DNA of 64,000 nt from Clostridiales bacterium (lineage in GTDB: Bacteria > Bacillota > Clostridia > Christensenellales > UBA1750), in assembly GCA_015056005.1 (NCBI GenBank), contig SVHB01000002.1, positions 13,188-77,187 on the forward strand. The letters are read 5' to 3'. Within the stretch, counting starts at the first letter, position 1, and each line of letters begins with the position of its first letter. Position numbers and translations under genes: made by a program. Positions 37,163 through 45,249 of the stretch are shown here, one piece after another. The notes beneath the pieces are model-generated. The model did no database searches. It had not been told where the DNA came from and saw only the letters and a program-made list of their open reading frames with translations.

Positions 37163-37603
37163 ATGTCAAAGACTTATTTCGTTGAAAACGAAGCCAAGAC
37201 GGAGGAGCTTGGGAGCAGCATAGCTCCCCTCCTCCGCAAAGGCGATATTATCTTTTTGAGAGGCGACCTTGGCGCGGGAAAAACTACTTTTGTGCGCGGC
37301 GTTGCTTCTTATTTCGGATGCGAGGATATGGTCACGAGCCCGACTTTTGCGCTCATGAACATATACGACAACGAAAAGCTCAGCATTTATCATTTTGATC
37401 TTTACAGGCTGGGAAGCGCCGACGATATTTTAGATGCGGGCTTTGACGAGCTGATGCTCGATAATAAGGCCGTATCCTTTATCGAATGGCCCGACGAAGC
37501 ACAAGAGCTTTTGACCGACTGCCCCTTGACCTTTATCAATATAAGCTATGAAGGCGACGGAAGGCTGATAGAAATAAACGGCGAACTGGAGGAAAGACTA
37601 TGA
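37163..37603 (+). CDS. tsaE: tRNA t6A37 biosynthesis ATPase TsaE
   Basis: LRGDLGAGKTTFVRG P-loop and SPTFAL motif. Confidence 0.9.
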   Translation: MSKTYFVENEAKTEELGSSIAPLLRKGDIIFLRGDLGAGKTTFVRGVASYFGCEDMVTSPTFALMNIYDNEKLSIYHFDLYRLGSADDILDAGFDELMLDNKAVSFIEWPDEAQELLTDCPLTFINISYEGDGRLIEINGELEERL

Positions 37604-38295
37604 ACATACTTGCTGTTGATACATCCGGTCCCGTTTGCTCCGCAGCCGTTTTGTCAGGCGGTAAGCTCGCATCATTTGCCCTTATGCAGAACGGCAATAC
37701 TCATTCCGTGAACATGATGCCGATGATAGATTATGTTCTTGACGGCGCATGCATGGGCGTGGGCGATGTTGATTATTTTGCCTGCGTTACAGGCCCCGGT
37801 TCTTTTACCGGAGTCAGGATCGGCGTAACCGCTGTAAAAGCTCTTTCTCAGGCAACGGGAAAGCCCTGCATTGAAGTAAACGCGCTTGAAGCGCTTGCTC
37901 ACAGGGATTTTCAGGGTGTAGTCTGCCCCATTCTGGACGCAAGGCGCAATCAGGTTTATTGCGCGGCTTTTAAATGCGGCAAGCGTCTTGAGCCCGATGC
38001 AGCGATCGCACTTGACGAATATCTTGAAAACATAAAAAAATACGATCCGCCTTATCTTTTTGTTGGCGACGGCGTTCCTGCATATACTAAGGTTATAAGC
38101 GAAGCTCTCGGCGATAAAGCGATTTTTGCAGACGCCGCAGGTTATGTTATATCGGCTGCAGCAGCAGCTGTTTTGGCAGAAAAAATGACCGATAAAGCGG
38201 TTTCGCATTTTGATCTTGAGTCTTATTATCTCAGGGTTTCTTCTGCTCAAAGGGAGTACGAAGAAAGGCAGGCAAAGCTTGGAAACAAACAGTGA
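37600..38295 (+). CDS. tsaB: tRNA t6A37 biosynthesis protein TsaB
   Basis: MNILAVDTSG..., GPGSFTGVRIGV motif; ATGA overlap with tsaE. Confidence 0.9.
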   Translation: MNILAVDTSGPVCSAAVLSGGKLASFALMQNGNTHSVNMMPMIDYVLDGACMGVGDVDYFACVTGPGSFTGVRIGVTAVKALSQATGKPCIEVNALEALAHRDFQGVVCPILDARRNQVYCAAFKCGKRLEPDAAIALDEYLENIKKYDPPYLFVGDGVPAYTKVISEALGDKAIFADAAGYVISAAAAAVLAEKMTDKAVSHFDLESYYLRVSSAQREYEERQAKLGNKQ

Positions 38296-38743
38296 TATCA
38301 TTATAAGAAGACTTGCAAAGGCTGATCTTGACCAGATATTGGAGATCGAAAAGGAAGCTTTTTTGACCCCCTGGCCAAGAGAATTCTTTGAGCAGGAAGC
38401 GGAAAACAAGGCTGCCTACTATATCGTTATGGAGCGCCTGGGCGAGATTATTGCCTACGGCGGAACCTGGCTTTCGGTATTTGAAGGACATATCACAAAC
38501 ATCGCCGTAAAGAAGGAATACAGGCGCAGGGGGCTTGGGAAAGCTTTGGTATCAAATATACTGAGCTACCTGAAAAGCGTTTCCATTCCGTTTGCAGTGC
38601 TTGAGGTAAGATCTAATAATAAAGCCGCGCAGGAACTTTACAGATCGCTTGGGTTTAAGTATTATAAAAAGGTTCCCGGTTATTACGAAGACAGCGGCGA
38701 GGACGCGTTTTTATATATGTGCGAGCTTTCTCGCATAAAATAG
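38279..38743 (+). CDS. rimI: Ribosomal-protein-alanine N-acetyltransferase (GNAT)
   Basis: IRRLAKADLDQILEIEKEAF..., GNAT motif A RRRGLGKAL. The start is uncertain: TTG at 38279 after an AGG-rich stretch, or the track's ATG at 38210 deep inside tsaB. Confidence 0.8.
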   Translation: METNSDIIIRRLAKADLDQILEIEKEAFLTPWPREFFEQEAENKAAYYIVMERLGEIIAYGGTWLSVFEGHITNIAVKKEYRRRGLGKALVSNILSYLKSVSIPFAVLEVRSNNKAAQELYRSLGFKYYKKVPGYYEDSGEDAFLYMCELSRIK

Positions 38744-38805
38744 GCGTATTTTGTTTGTTTTTACGGCATATTATTTATTGACTATTTATTTTTGGGTGAT
38801 CTTAA

Positions 38806-39546
38806 TTGGAAATTATCATTGACGGAATCAAAATCAGATACGATCAGGAAGGTCAGGGTGAAGATGTTCTCCTGCTGCACGGCTGGAGCGGCAGGGCAGA
38901 CAGCTTCAGGCCTGTCTTTAATGCGCTGATGGGTATGTATCGAGTGACTGCAATCGATTTTCCCGCGCACGGCGGAAGCGATGAGCCTGACTGCCCCTGG
39001 GGGATCGAAGAATTCTGTGAATGTCTGAAAAAGTTCATAAAAGAATTGGGCATAGGTCCCTGCCATGTTATCGCTCATTCATTCGGCGGCAGGGTGACCC
39101 TTATGGCAGCGGCAAAGTACCCCGAGCTTTTCAAAAAGATAGTGCTCACCGGTACTCCGGGGCTTACCCCAAAGCCCACCTTAAAATCGCGCGTTCGCGG
39201 CTTTGCATACAATGTGTTCAACAGCTTTGCGACCGATAAAATGCGCGATGCGCTCAGGGATTTTTTCTCATCGCCCGATTATAAGGCGCTTTCGCCTTCA
39301 ATGAAAAAGACTTTTGTCAAGATCGTGAACAGGCATCTTGACGAGTTTTTGCCGGACATCAAATCCCCCACTCTTCTTATTTGGGGCAGCGATGATACTG
39401 CAGCGCCTTTGTATTTTGCCGAAACCATGGAAAAAGAGATCCCCAACGCAGGTCTTGTGGTCTTTGACGGCTGCGGGCATTTTGCCTATCTTGACCGTGT
39501 GCTGGAATTCATAAAAATAACAAAACATTTTTTGATAAACGGGTGA
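38806..39546 (+). CDS. Alpha/beta hydrolase
   Basis: LLLHGWSG oxyanion region, AHSFGG nucleophile elbow, C-terminal GCGHF; TTG start. Confidence 0.75.
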   Translation: MEIIIDGIKIRYDQEGQGEDVLLLHGWSGRADSFRPVFNALMGMYRVTAIDFPAHGGSDEPDCPWGIEEFCECLKKFIKELGIGPCHVIAHSFGGRVTLMAAAKYPELFKKIVLTGTPGLTPKPTLKSRVRGFAYNVFNSFATDKMRDALRDFFSSPDYKALSPSMKKTFVKIVNRHLDEFLPDIKSPTLLIWGSDDTAAPLYFAETMEKEIPNAGLVVFDGCGHFAYLDRVLEFIKITKHFLING

Positions 39547-39550
39547 TATT

Positions 39551-41095
39551 TTGGATAACGCATCTATTTTACTTTGCGCAGCATCGGCTCTTGGCATTGC
39601 ATGGCAGATGCTTCATATATTCCAGCTTGAAGGCTATGTGCTCAAGCCAACCTTCAAATGGATATTTGCAAATCCCTCAAGGCTTCTTCTGCGACCGGCT
39701 TTCATAGTTTCTGTGATCGCTTCTGTTATAATACTTTTCAGCGGCATCGGCATTCTTAATGCTGCATTGGGCGCAGGAGCCGCAGTGTTTGCATGGCTCA
39801 CCACCATGCCCCTTGTATCGGGTGAAAATGTCAAGAAAAAGATCGCTTACACCAAAAGGCTTCAAAGGCTTATCGGCGTTCTGATCGCGGTTTGGCTGGT
39901 CATAACCCTGCTCGCATTTTTAACCAAGTTTATGCTCGTGCTCCTGTGCGTCATTTCACCCCTGCTTACTCTCATTGCAGGCTGGATCATGGACCCCGTT
40001 GAAAAAGGTATCAACAGGCGATTTTTCGAGGACGCAAAAAGAAAGCTCGCTGCGCGTGATATAATAAAGATCGGTATTACCGGCAGCTACGGCAAAACCT
40101 CCACCAAGTTTATACTTACCCAGCTGCTCAAAGAAAAATACAATGTGCTCACCACCCCTTCCAGCTTCAATACACCCATGGGACTTACGAGAGTTATCCG
40201 CGAGCAGCTCAAGGATGAGCATGAGGTATTCGTAGCCGAGATGGGCGCTCGCCATGTTGGCGATATAAAGGAGCTCTGCGAGCTGGTTAACCCCAAATAC
40301 GGTCTGATCACCAAGGTAGGCAAACAGCATCTGGAGACTTTCTTTACTCTTGAGAACATCATAAATACCAAATACGAGCTTATCGATGCTCTGCCCAAGG
40401 ATGGCATGGCCTTCTTTGCCGACGATAAAGATATCGTAAAAGGCATGTATGACAGAACCGGTATAGCAAAAAGGCTTTCCGGTTTTGATGAAAGCTGCGA
40501 TGTTTGGGCATCTGATATAAATGTGAGCGCTCTTGGTTCCACCTTTACCATCTGCAAGGGAAATGACAGCATCAAGGTTTCCACAAAGCTCCTTGGCCGT
40601 CACAATATCAGCAACATCATGCTATGCGTCAGCTGCGCTCTTGAGCTCGGTCTGACCCTTGAGGATGTCAAAAATGGGCTTTTGAAACTCGAACCTGTAG
40701 AGCACAGGCTGCAGCTCATACCCGGTGCAAACGGACTTACCGTTATCGACGATGCTTTCAACTCCAACCCCGAAGGAGCAAAGGCAGCGCTTGATGTTAT
40801 CAAGAACTTTAACGGCAGGCGCGTTATAATCACCCCCGGTATGGTAGAACTCGGCGGCGAAGAAAATGCGCTGAACGAGCAGTTTGGAATGCAGATGGCT
40901 TCCAGTGTCGATACCGCTATTCTTATAGGCGCAAAGAGGACAGAACCCATATACAACGGTCTTATAAAGGGCGGGTTTAACAAGGACAATATAATTGTGG
41001 CAGAAACCCTGAACGAAGCTACCGCGCTTATCGGAAAATATGCCGGCCGCGGTGACGTTGTTCTTTTCGAAAACGATCTGCCTGATAATTATTGA
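39551..41095 (+). CDS. Mur ligase, MurF-type (D-Ala-D-Ala-adding) with about 150-aa N-terminal multi-TM domain
   Basis: GITGSYGKTSTK P-loop at about residue 175 and MurF-like C-terminal DDAFNSNPEGAKAAL. Residues 1-150 are hydrophobic helices instead of the usual soluble domain 1. TTG start 4 nt after the upstream stop. Confidence 0.8.
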   Translation: MDNASILLCAASALGIAWQMLHIFQLEGYVLKPTFKWIFANPSRLLLRPAFIVSVIASVIILFSGIGILNAALGAGAAVFAWLTTMPLVSGENVKKKIAYTKRLQRLIGVLIAVWLVITLLAFLTKFMLVLLCVISPLLTLIAGWIMDPVEKGINRRFFEDAKRKLAARDIIKIGITGSYGKTSTKFILTQLLKEKYNVLTTPSSFNTPMGLTRVIREQLKDEHEVFVAEMGARHVGDIKELCELVNPKYGLITKVGKQHLETFFTLENIINTKYELIDALPKDGMAFFADDKDIVKGMYDRTGIAKRLSGFDESCDVWASDINVSALGSTFTICKGNDSIKVSTKLLGRHNISNIMLCVSCALELGLTLEDVKNGLLKLEPVEHRLQLIPGANGLTVIDDAFNSNPEGAKAALDVIKNFNGRRVIITPGMVELGGEENALNEQFGMQMASSVDTAILIGAKRTEPIYNGLIKGGFNKDNIIVAETLNEATALIGKYAGRGDVVLFENDLPDNY

Positions 41096-41118
41096 TATAA
41101 AAATCGGAGGCAAATAAA

Positions 41119-42339
41119 ATGGTTTTAGGCGTGCTTTTCGGCAGCAGGAGCTGCGAACACGATGTTTCCATCGTAACCGCTGTTCAGGCGATGCAGAACA
41201 TCGATCAGAAGAAGTATAATATCGTTCCCGTATATATCGACAGAGACGGAAAATGGTACACCGGCGACGGTCTTGCTAATATGGCAAACTATCAGGTTTC
41301 CATGAAGGAAGCCTACGGCGTTACCCCTTGCATCCCTGCGCCCTACGGCGGCAACAAGCTTGCACTTTATAAATGGCCTCTCAGAGGATTCATTTTCAAG
41401 ATGAAGCCCCTTGCAGTAATTGATGTAGTCCTCCCCGCTTTCCACGGTGTAAACGGCGAAGACGGTTCTGTTCAGGGCATGCTTGAGCTTTACAATGTAC
41501 CCTATGCCTGCCCCGGCATCACCGGCAGCGCAGTCGGTATGGATAAGACCGTTATGAAGGCCTGCTTCAAGGGATGCGGGTTCCCCATGCTTCCCTATGT
41601 ATGGTTTACCCGCGACCATTACGAAAAGGCTCCCAACGAGATTATCATGAAGATCGAAGAGGAGCTCACCTACCCCGTTTTTGTAAAGCCGGCAAACCTT
41701 GGTTCTTCCATCGGTATTTCTAAGGCAAACGACAGAGAAGGGCTCCTCAATGCAATTGACATCGCAAAGGCTTATGACAGAAAGATACTTGTTGAAAACG
41801 GTCTGACCGAGCTTGACGAGATCAACTGCGCGGCAGTCGGTTTCGGCGAGGATGTTACGGTTTCTCTTTGCGAGCAGCCGGTTTCCTGGGAGGATTTCCT
41901 CACCTTTGACGATAAATACATGCGCTCCAATTCCGGCAAGGGTATGGAGAGCCTGCAGAGAAAGATCCCCGCTCCCATCAGCGATCAGATGACCAAGACC
42001 ATTCAGGATATGACCCGCGATGTGTTCAACTGCCTTGACCTCAAAGGCGTCTGCCGCATCGACTATATGATCGACAAAGTAACCGGCAATCTTTATATCA
42101 ACGAGATCAATACCATACCCGGTTCTCTTTCGTTCTATCTCTTTGAACCCCTTGGCATCTACTATTCCAAGCTGATCGATATGATGATCGATTCTGCCAT
42201 CAAAGCACATGAGGAAAAGCAGAAGAACGACTTCTCCTTTGATTCTCAGATACTCAAGAAAGTCGGCAGCGGCCTTTCCGGCGCAAAGGGCGGTAAACTC
42301 GGCGGCAAAATGGGCGGCTCCAAGATCGGTAAAATGTAA
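41119..42339 (+). CDS. ddl: D-alanine--D-alanine ligase (long form with Gly/Lys-rich C-terminal tail)
   Basis: VLFGSRSCEHDVSIVTA N-terminus, ATP-grasp blocks (YPVFVKPANLGSSIGISKA, INEINTIPGS). The last ~30 aa are ...GSGLSGAKGGKLGGKMGGSKIGKM. Confidence 0.88.
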   Translation: MVLGVLFGSRSCEHDVSIVTAVQAMQNIDQKKYNIVPVYIDRDGKWYTGDGLANMANYQVSMKEAYGVTPCIPAPYGGNKLALYKWPLRGFIFKMKPLAVIDVVLPAFHGVNGEDGSVQGMLELYNVPYACPGITGSAVGMDKTVMKACFKGCGFPMLPYVWFTRDHYEKAPNEIIMKIEEELTYPVFVKPANLGSSIGISKANDREGLLNAIDIAKAYDRKILVENGLTELDEINCAAVGFGEDVTVSLCEQPVSWEDFLTFDDKYMRSNSGKGMESLQRKIPAPISDQMTKTIQDMTRDVFNCLDLKGVCRIDYMIDKVTGNLYINEINTIPGSLSFYLFEPLGIYYSKLIDMMIDSAIKAHEEKQKNDFSFDSQILKKVGSGLSGAKGGKLGGKMGGSKIGKM

Positions 42340-42354
42340 AAGGAAAACACAAAT

Positions 42355-42381
42355 AAAAGGCAGCATTTGCTGCCTTTTTTG
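42355..42381. terminator. Bidirectional intrinsic terminator
   Basis: AAAA, then ggcagc-attt-gctgcc, then T6. Confidence 0.75.
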
Positions 42382-42393
42382 TTTACTTTGAAA

Positions 42394-43278
42394 TTATCGG
42401 ATATTATCAAAAACGGTTTTTAATGTTTTATGAGCAATATCCTGAGCCCACGAACCTATTCCGGCTGCATAAAGCCTATCTTTAAGCTCACCGTTCATTT
42501 CTTTTCTTAGTATGCAATCGGTATCGTTGCTGTCAAAGACGATCCGCTCTCTTGGTTTGGATAGTATCTTGCTATTGAACGGACAAACATCCTGACATCT
42601 GTAGCATCCATCGAGCGCGTGAACAGCCCGCTTTGCATCATCATTGATATAGTTTCCCGTTTCCAGCATTGCAGAAAGGCAAAGATCGGTATCAAGGATA
42701 AAGCTGTCCTTCTTGAGCGCACCTGTCGGGCAATTCATAATGCATTTCTGACAGGTATCACAGAAGTCCATATACCCAAACTCACGCCATTCGTATTCCT
42801 CGGGCGCGGGCATATCGCTGAAATACAGCATGAGCCCATAATAACTGCCCATATCTTTAGCAAAAGTAATGTTGTTCTTGCCATACTGTACAAGACCCGT
42901 CCGCGCCGCTATGAGCTTTCGTGGAAGCCACAGGCAAACCGAAGCGTTAAAACCTGCATTTTTTATCTTTGTTTCAAACTGAGTCCAATACCTTGTTTCC
43001 TCGCAGGCAGTCATGGTCTTAAATACCATATCGTTATACTCAAACACAACATCGCGGATAACAAAGGGAGCAGCTGCTATGATTATACTTTTAGGTTCAA
43101 AGCCGACCTCGGGAATACTCAGAACATATTTTTTGTCCAATATCCACTTTTGAAAACCGTTGAGATGCTTTTGACTCAATACATCCTTGATGTTTTCTCT
43201 GATATCATCAAGGCAGCCCACCGGAATGACTGCAGCCTGCATATCATCCGGCAGGAGCGCGGAAAAATCGTAGTCCAT
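42394..43278 (-). CDS. 4Fe-4S double-cluster protein, epoxyqueuosine-reductase/reductive-dehalogenase-like
   Basis: CDTCQKCIMNCPTGAL and CYRCQDVCPFN ferredoxin-type motifs. I chose the ATG at 43278 because the longer track ORF would overlap the divergent PPIase gene. Confidence 0.6.
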   Translation of the reverse strand: MDYDFSALLPDDMQAAVIPVGCLDDIRENIKDVLSQKHLNGFQKWILDKKYVLSIPEVGFEPKSIIIAAAPFVIRDVVFEYNDMVFKTMTACEETRYWTQFETKIKNAGFNASVCLWLPRKLIAARTGLVQYGKNNITFAKDMGSYYGLMLYFSDMPAPEEYEWREFGYMDFCDTCQKCIMNCPTGALKKDSFILDTDLCLSAMLETGNYINDDAKRAVHALDGCYRCQDVCPFNSKILSKPRERIVFDSNDTDCILRKEMNGELKDRLYAAGIGSWAQDIAHKTLKTVFDNIR

Positions 43279-43356
43279 CCCCTGTTTCCTCCGTTTACTT
43301 ATATCAAAAGCAGTGGTATAATAATCGTGCATTATATATTTGAAAGGAAATCTGCT

Positions 43357-43839
43357 ATGAATCCCAAAGTACGTATTACCATGCAGCAGCCATCCGGCGT
43401 TATCGAGCTGGAGCTCTATCCCGAAACCGCTCCCATCACCGTTGAAAACTATGTTAAGCTCGTTTCCGAGAAGTTCTATGACGGTCTTACCTTCCATCGC
43501 ATCATCCCCGGCTTCATGATCCAGGGCGGCTGCCCCTTAGGCACCGGCACCGGCGGCCCCGGCTGGCAGATCAAGGGCGAGTTCATGATGAACGGCGTCA
43601 ACAACCCCTTAAAGCACACCCGCGGCGTTATTTCCATGGCAAGGTCTATGATGCCCAACTCCGCAGGCAGCCAGTTCTTCATCATGCACGCAGATGCACC
43701 GCACCTTGACGGTCAGTATGCCGCATTCGGCAAGGTAACCTCAGGTATGGACGTGGTCGATGCAATCGCAATGACCAAGACTTCCTTCGGCGATAAGCCC
43801 GTGACCCCCGTTGTTATCGAAAAGGTCGAGCTTATCTAA
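43357..43839 (+). CDS. ppiB: Peptidyl-prolyl cis-trans isomerase, cyclophilin type
   Basis: FHRIIPGFMIQGGCPLGTGTGGPG and SMARS...NSAGSQFFI motifs. The real start is the ATG at 43357, inside the long track ORF 42619-43839. Confidence 0.9.
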   Translation: MNPKVRITMQQPSGVIELELYPETAPITVENYVKLVSEKFYDGLTFHRIIPGFMIQGGCPLGTGTGGPGWQIKGEFMMNGVNNPLKHTRGVISMARSMMPNSAGSQFFIMHADAPHLDGQYAAFGKVTSGMDVVDAIAMTKTSFGDKPVTPVVIEKVELI

Positions 43840-43840
43840 A

Positions 43841-44731
43841 CTATTCTACGTAACCCAGAGTCTTTAAGTCTCCGATGCGGTTGCGCCAATCGGGCACCAC
43901 CTTGACCCAAAGCTTAAGGTTTACTCTGGTATCCATCAATCTTTCGATATCTTCCCTTGCATGAGAGCCGATCCTGCCTATCATCGTGCCGTGTTTGCCG
44001 ATGATGATGGATTTATGGCTCTCTTTTTCGCAATATACGGTCGCTTCAACGTGAAGCACGCCACTTTTTGCAGTGGAAATGCTCATTATCTCTACGCCGA
44101 TACCGTGTGGGATCTCATCGGTCAGGTTTCTTAAAGCCTTTTCACGGATAATCTCAGCGATCAGGAATCTCTCGGGTTGGTCTGTGATATAATCATTGGG
44201 GAAGTATCTGGGACCTTCGGGCAGATACTTTTTAATGCACTTCTTTACGATCTCAATCCCGTCGCCCTTGAGCGCGCTGATGGGAATGATATCGTCAAAT
44301 TTATAATCGGCAAGTTTGGTGATAAGCGCAACGAGCGCATCCTTGCTGATAAGATCGATCTTGTTGAGAATCGCGATCTTGGGGCATTTGGATTTGATAT
44401 ACTTATCTGCGATCTCATAATCCTTATCCCTGATATCTGAAGCATCAAAAACAAAGACGATCATTTCTGTATCATCCAAAGCCATGTCGACAGCTTTCAT
44501 CATGGTGTCGCCAAGCTTGGTCCTTGGAGTATGGATTCCGGGAGTATCAAGGAAAACCGCCTGCCAATCCTCCTGAGTATATACGCCCATGATGCGGTTG
44601 CGGGTGGTCTGCGCTTTTTGAGAAACGATAGCGACCTTTTCACCCACGATGGCGTTCATGAGAGTCGATTTGCCGACATTCGGTCTGCCGATGATGGTTA
44701 CAAAACCGGATTTGAAACTTTTCTTTTCCAT
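43841..44731 (-). CDS. era: GTPase Era
   Basis: GRPNVGKST G1, DTPG G3, NKID G4, C-terminal KH domain. Confidence 0.93.
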   Translation of the reverse strand: MEKKSFKSGFVTIIGRPNVGKSTLMNAIVGEKVAIVSQKAQTTRNRIMGVYTQEDWQAVFLDTPGIHTPRTKLGDTMMKAVDMALDDTEMIVFVFDASDIRDKDYEIADKYIKSKCPKIAILNKIDLISKDALVALITKLADYKFDDIIPISALKGDGIEIVKKCIKKYLPEGPRYFPNDYITDQPERFLIAEIIREKALRNLTDEIPHGIGVEIMSISTAKSGVLHVEATVYCEKESHKSIIIGKHGTMIGRIGSHAREDIERLMDTRVNLKLWVKVVPDWRNRIGDLKTLGYVE

Positions 44732-44736
44732 ATTAA

Positions 44737-45249
44737 TTACCTTACAAGATTAATTTTTTCCATAGCGCGTTCTTCAAGGGCGCGCATTATTTTTTTGTCT
44801 TTGTCCACCATGTGATCATATCCAAGAAGATGCGACATGGAATGGACAAACAGATACACAAGCTCTCTTTCAAAGCTATGACCGAACTCTTGCGATTGAG
44901 ACAATGCCTTATTGACGCTTATCACGATATCGCCCAAGGCAACGGCACCCGTTTCGATATCATACTGGCTCTTTTTGGGCTTAAACTGCGTTTTATCAAG
45001 GCAATTAAAATTTATAAGCGGAAACGACAGCACATCGGTCGGCCTGTCCACATTTCGCATATCTTTGTTTACCTGATGTATACCGCTGTCATCCGTAAGC
45101 ATAAGGCTTACGAATGCGGGATATACAAAGGCATCGCATTCAAGCACGGCGTTTCCGGCGTTTGTCAGCAGGCTTTCAAGCGTTTCTGCACGCTTGATAA
45201 GGTCGGGATCACAAACATTTTCATCCTTTATGATTTCGATAGTGATCAT
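44737..45249 (-). CDS. ybeY: rRNA maturation endoribonuclease YbeY
   Basis: HSMSHLLGYDH zinc motif (HxxxHxxxxxH). Confidence 0.9.
   Translation of the reverse strand: MITIEIIKDENVCDPDLIKRAETLESLLTNAGNAVLECDAFVYPAFVSLMLTDDSGIHQVNKDMRNVDRPTDVLSFPLINFNCLDKTQFKPKKSQYDIETGAVALGDIVISVNKALSQSQEFGHSFERELVYLFVHSMSHLLGYDHMVDKDKKIMRALEERAMEKINLVR

Noticed and set aside
39551-42339. Vancomycin-resistance (van) type ligase cluster.
   Set aside because: No vanH-, vanX/Y- or vanRS-like genes are present, and the ligase has ordinary Ddl-like blocks. From sequence alone there is no basis to call a D-Ala-D-Lac or D-Ala-D-Ser ligase.
41125-42366. 413-aa minus-strand ORF covering the whole ddl gene.
   Set aside because: It is an antisense shadow of a clearly recognisable Ddl (ATP-grasp motifs on the plus strand), with no motifs of its own.
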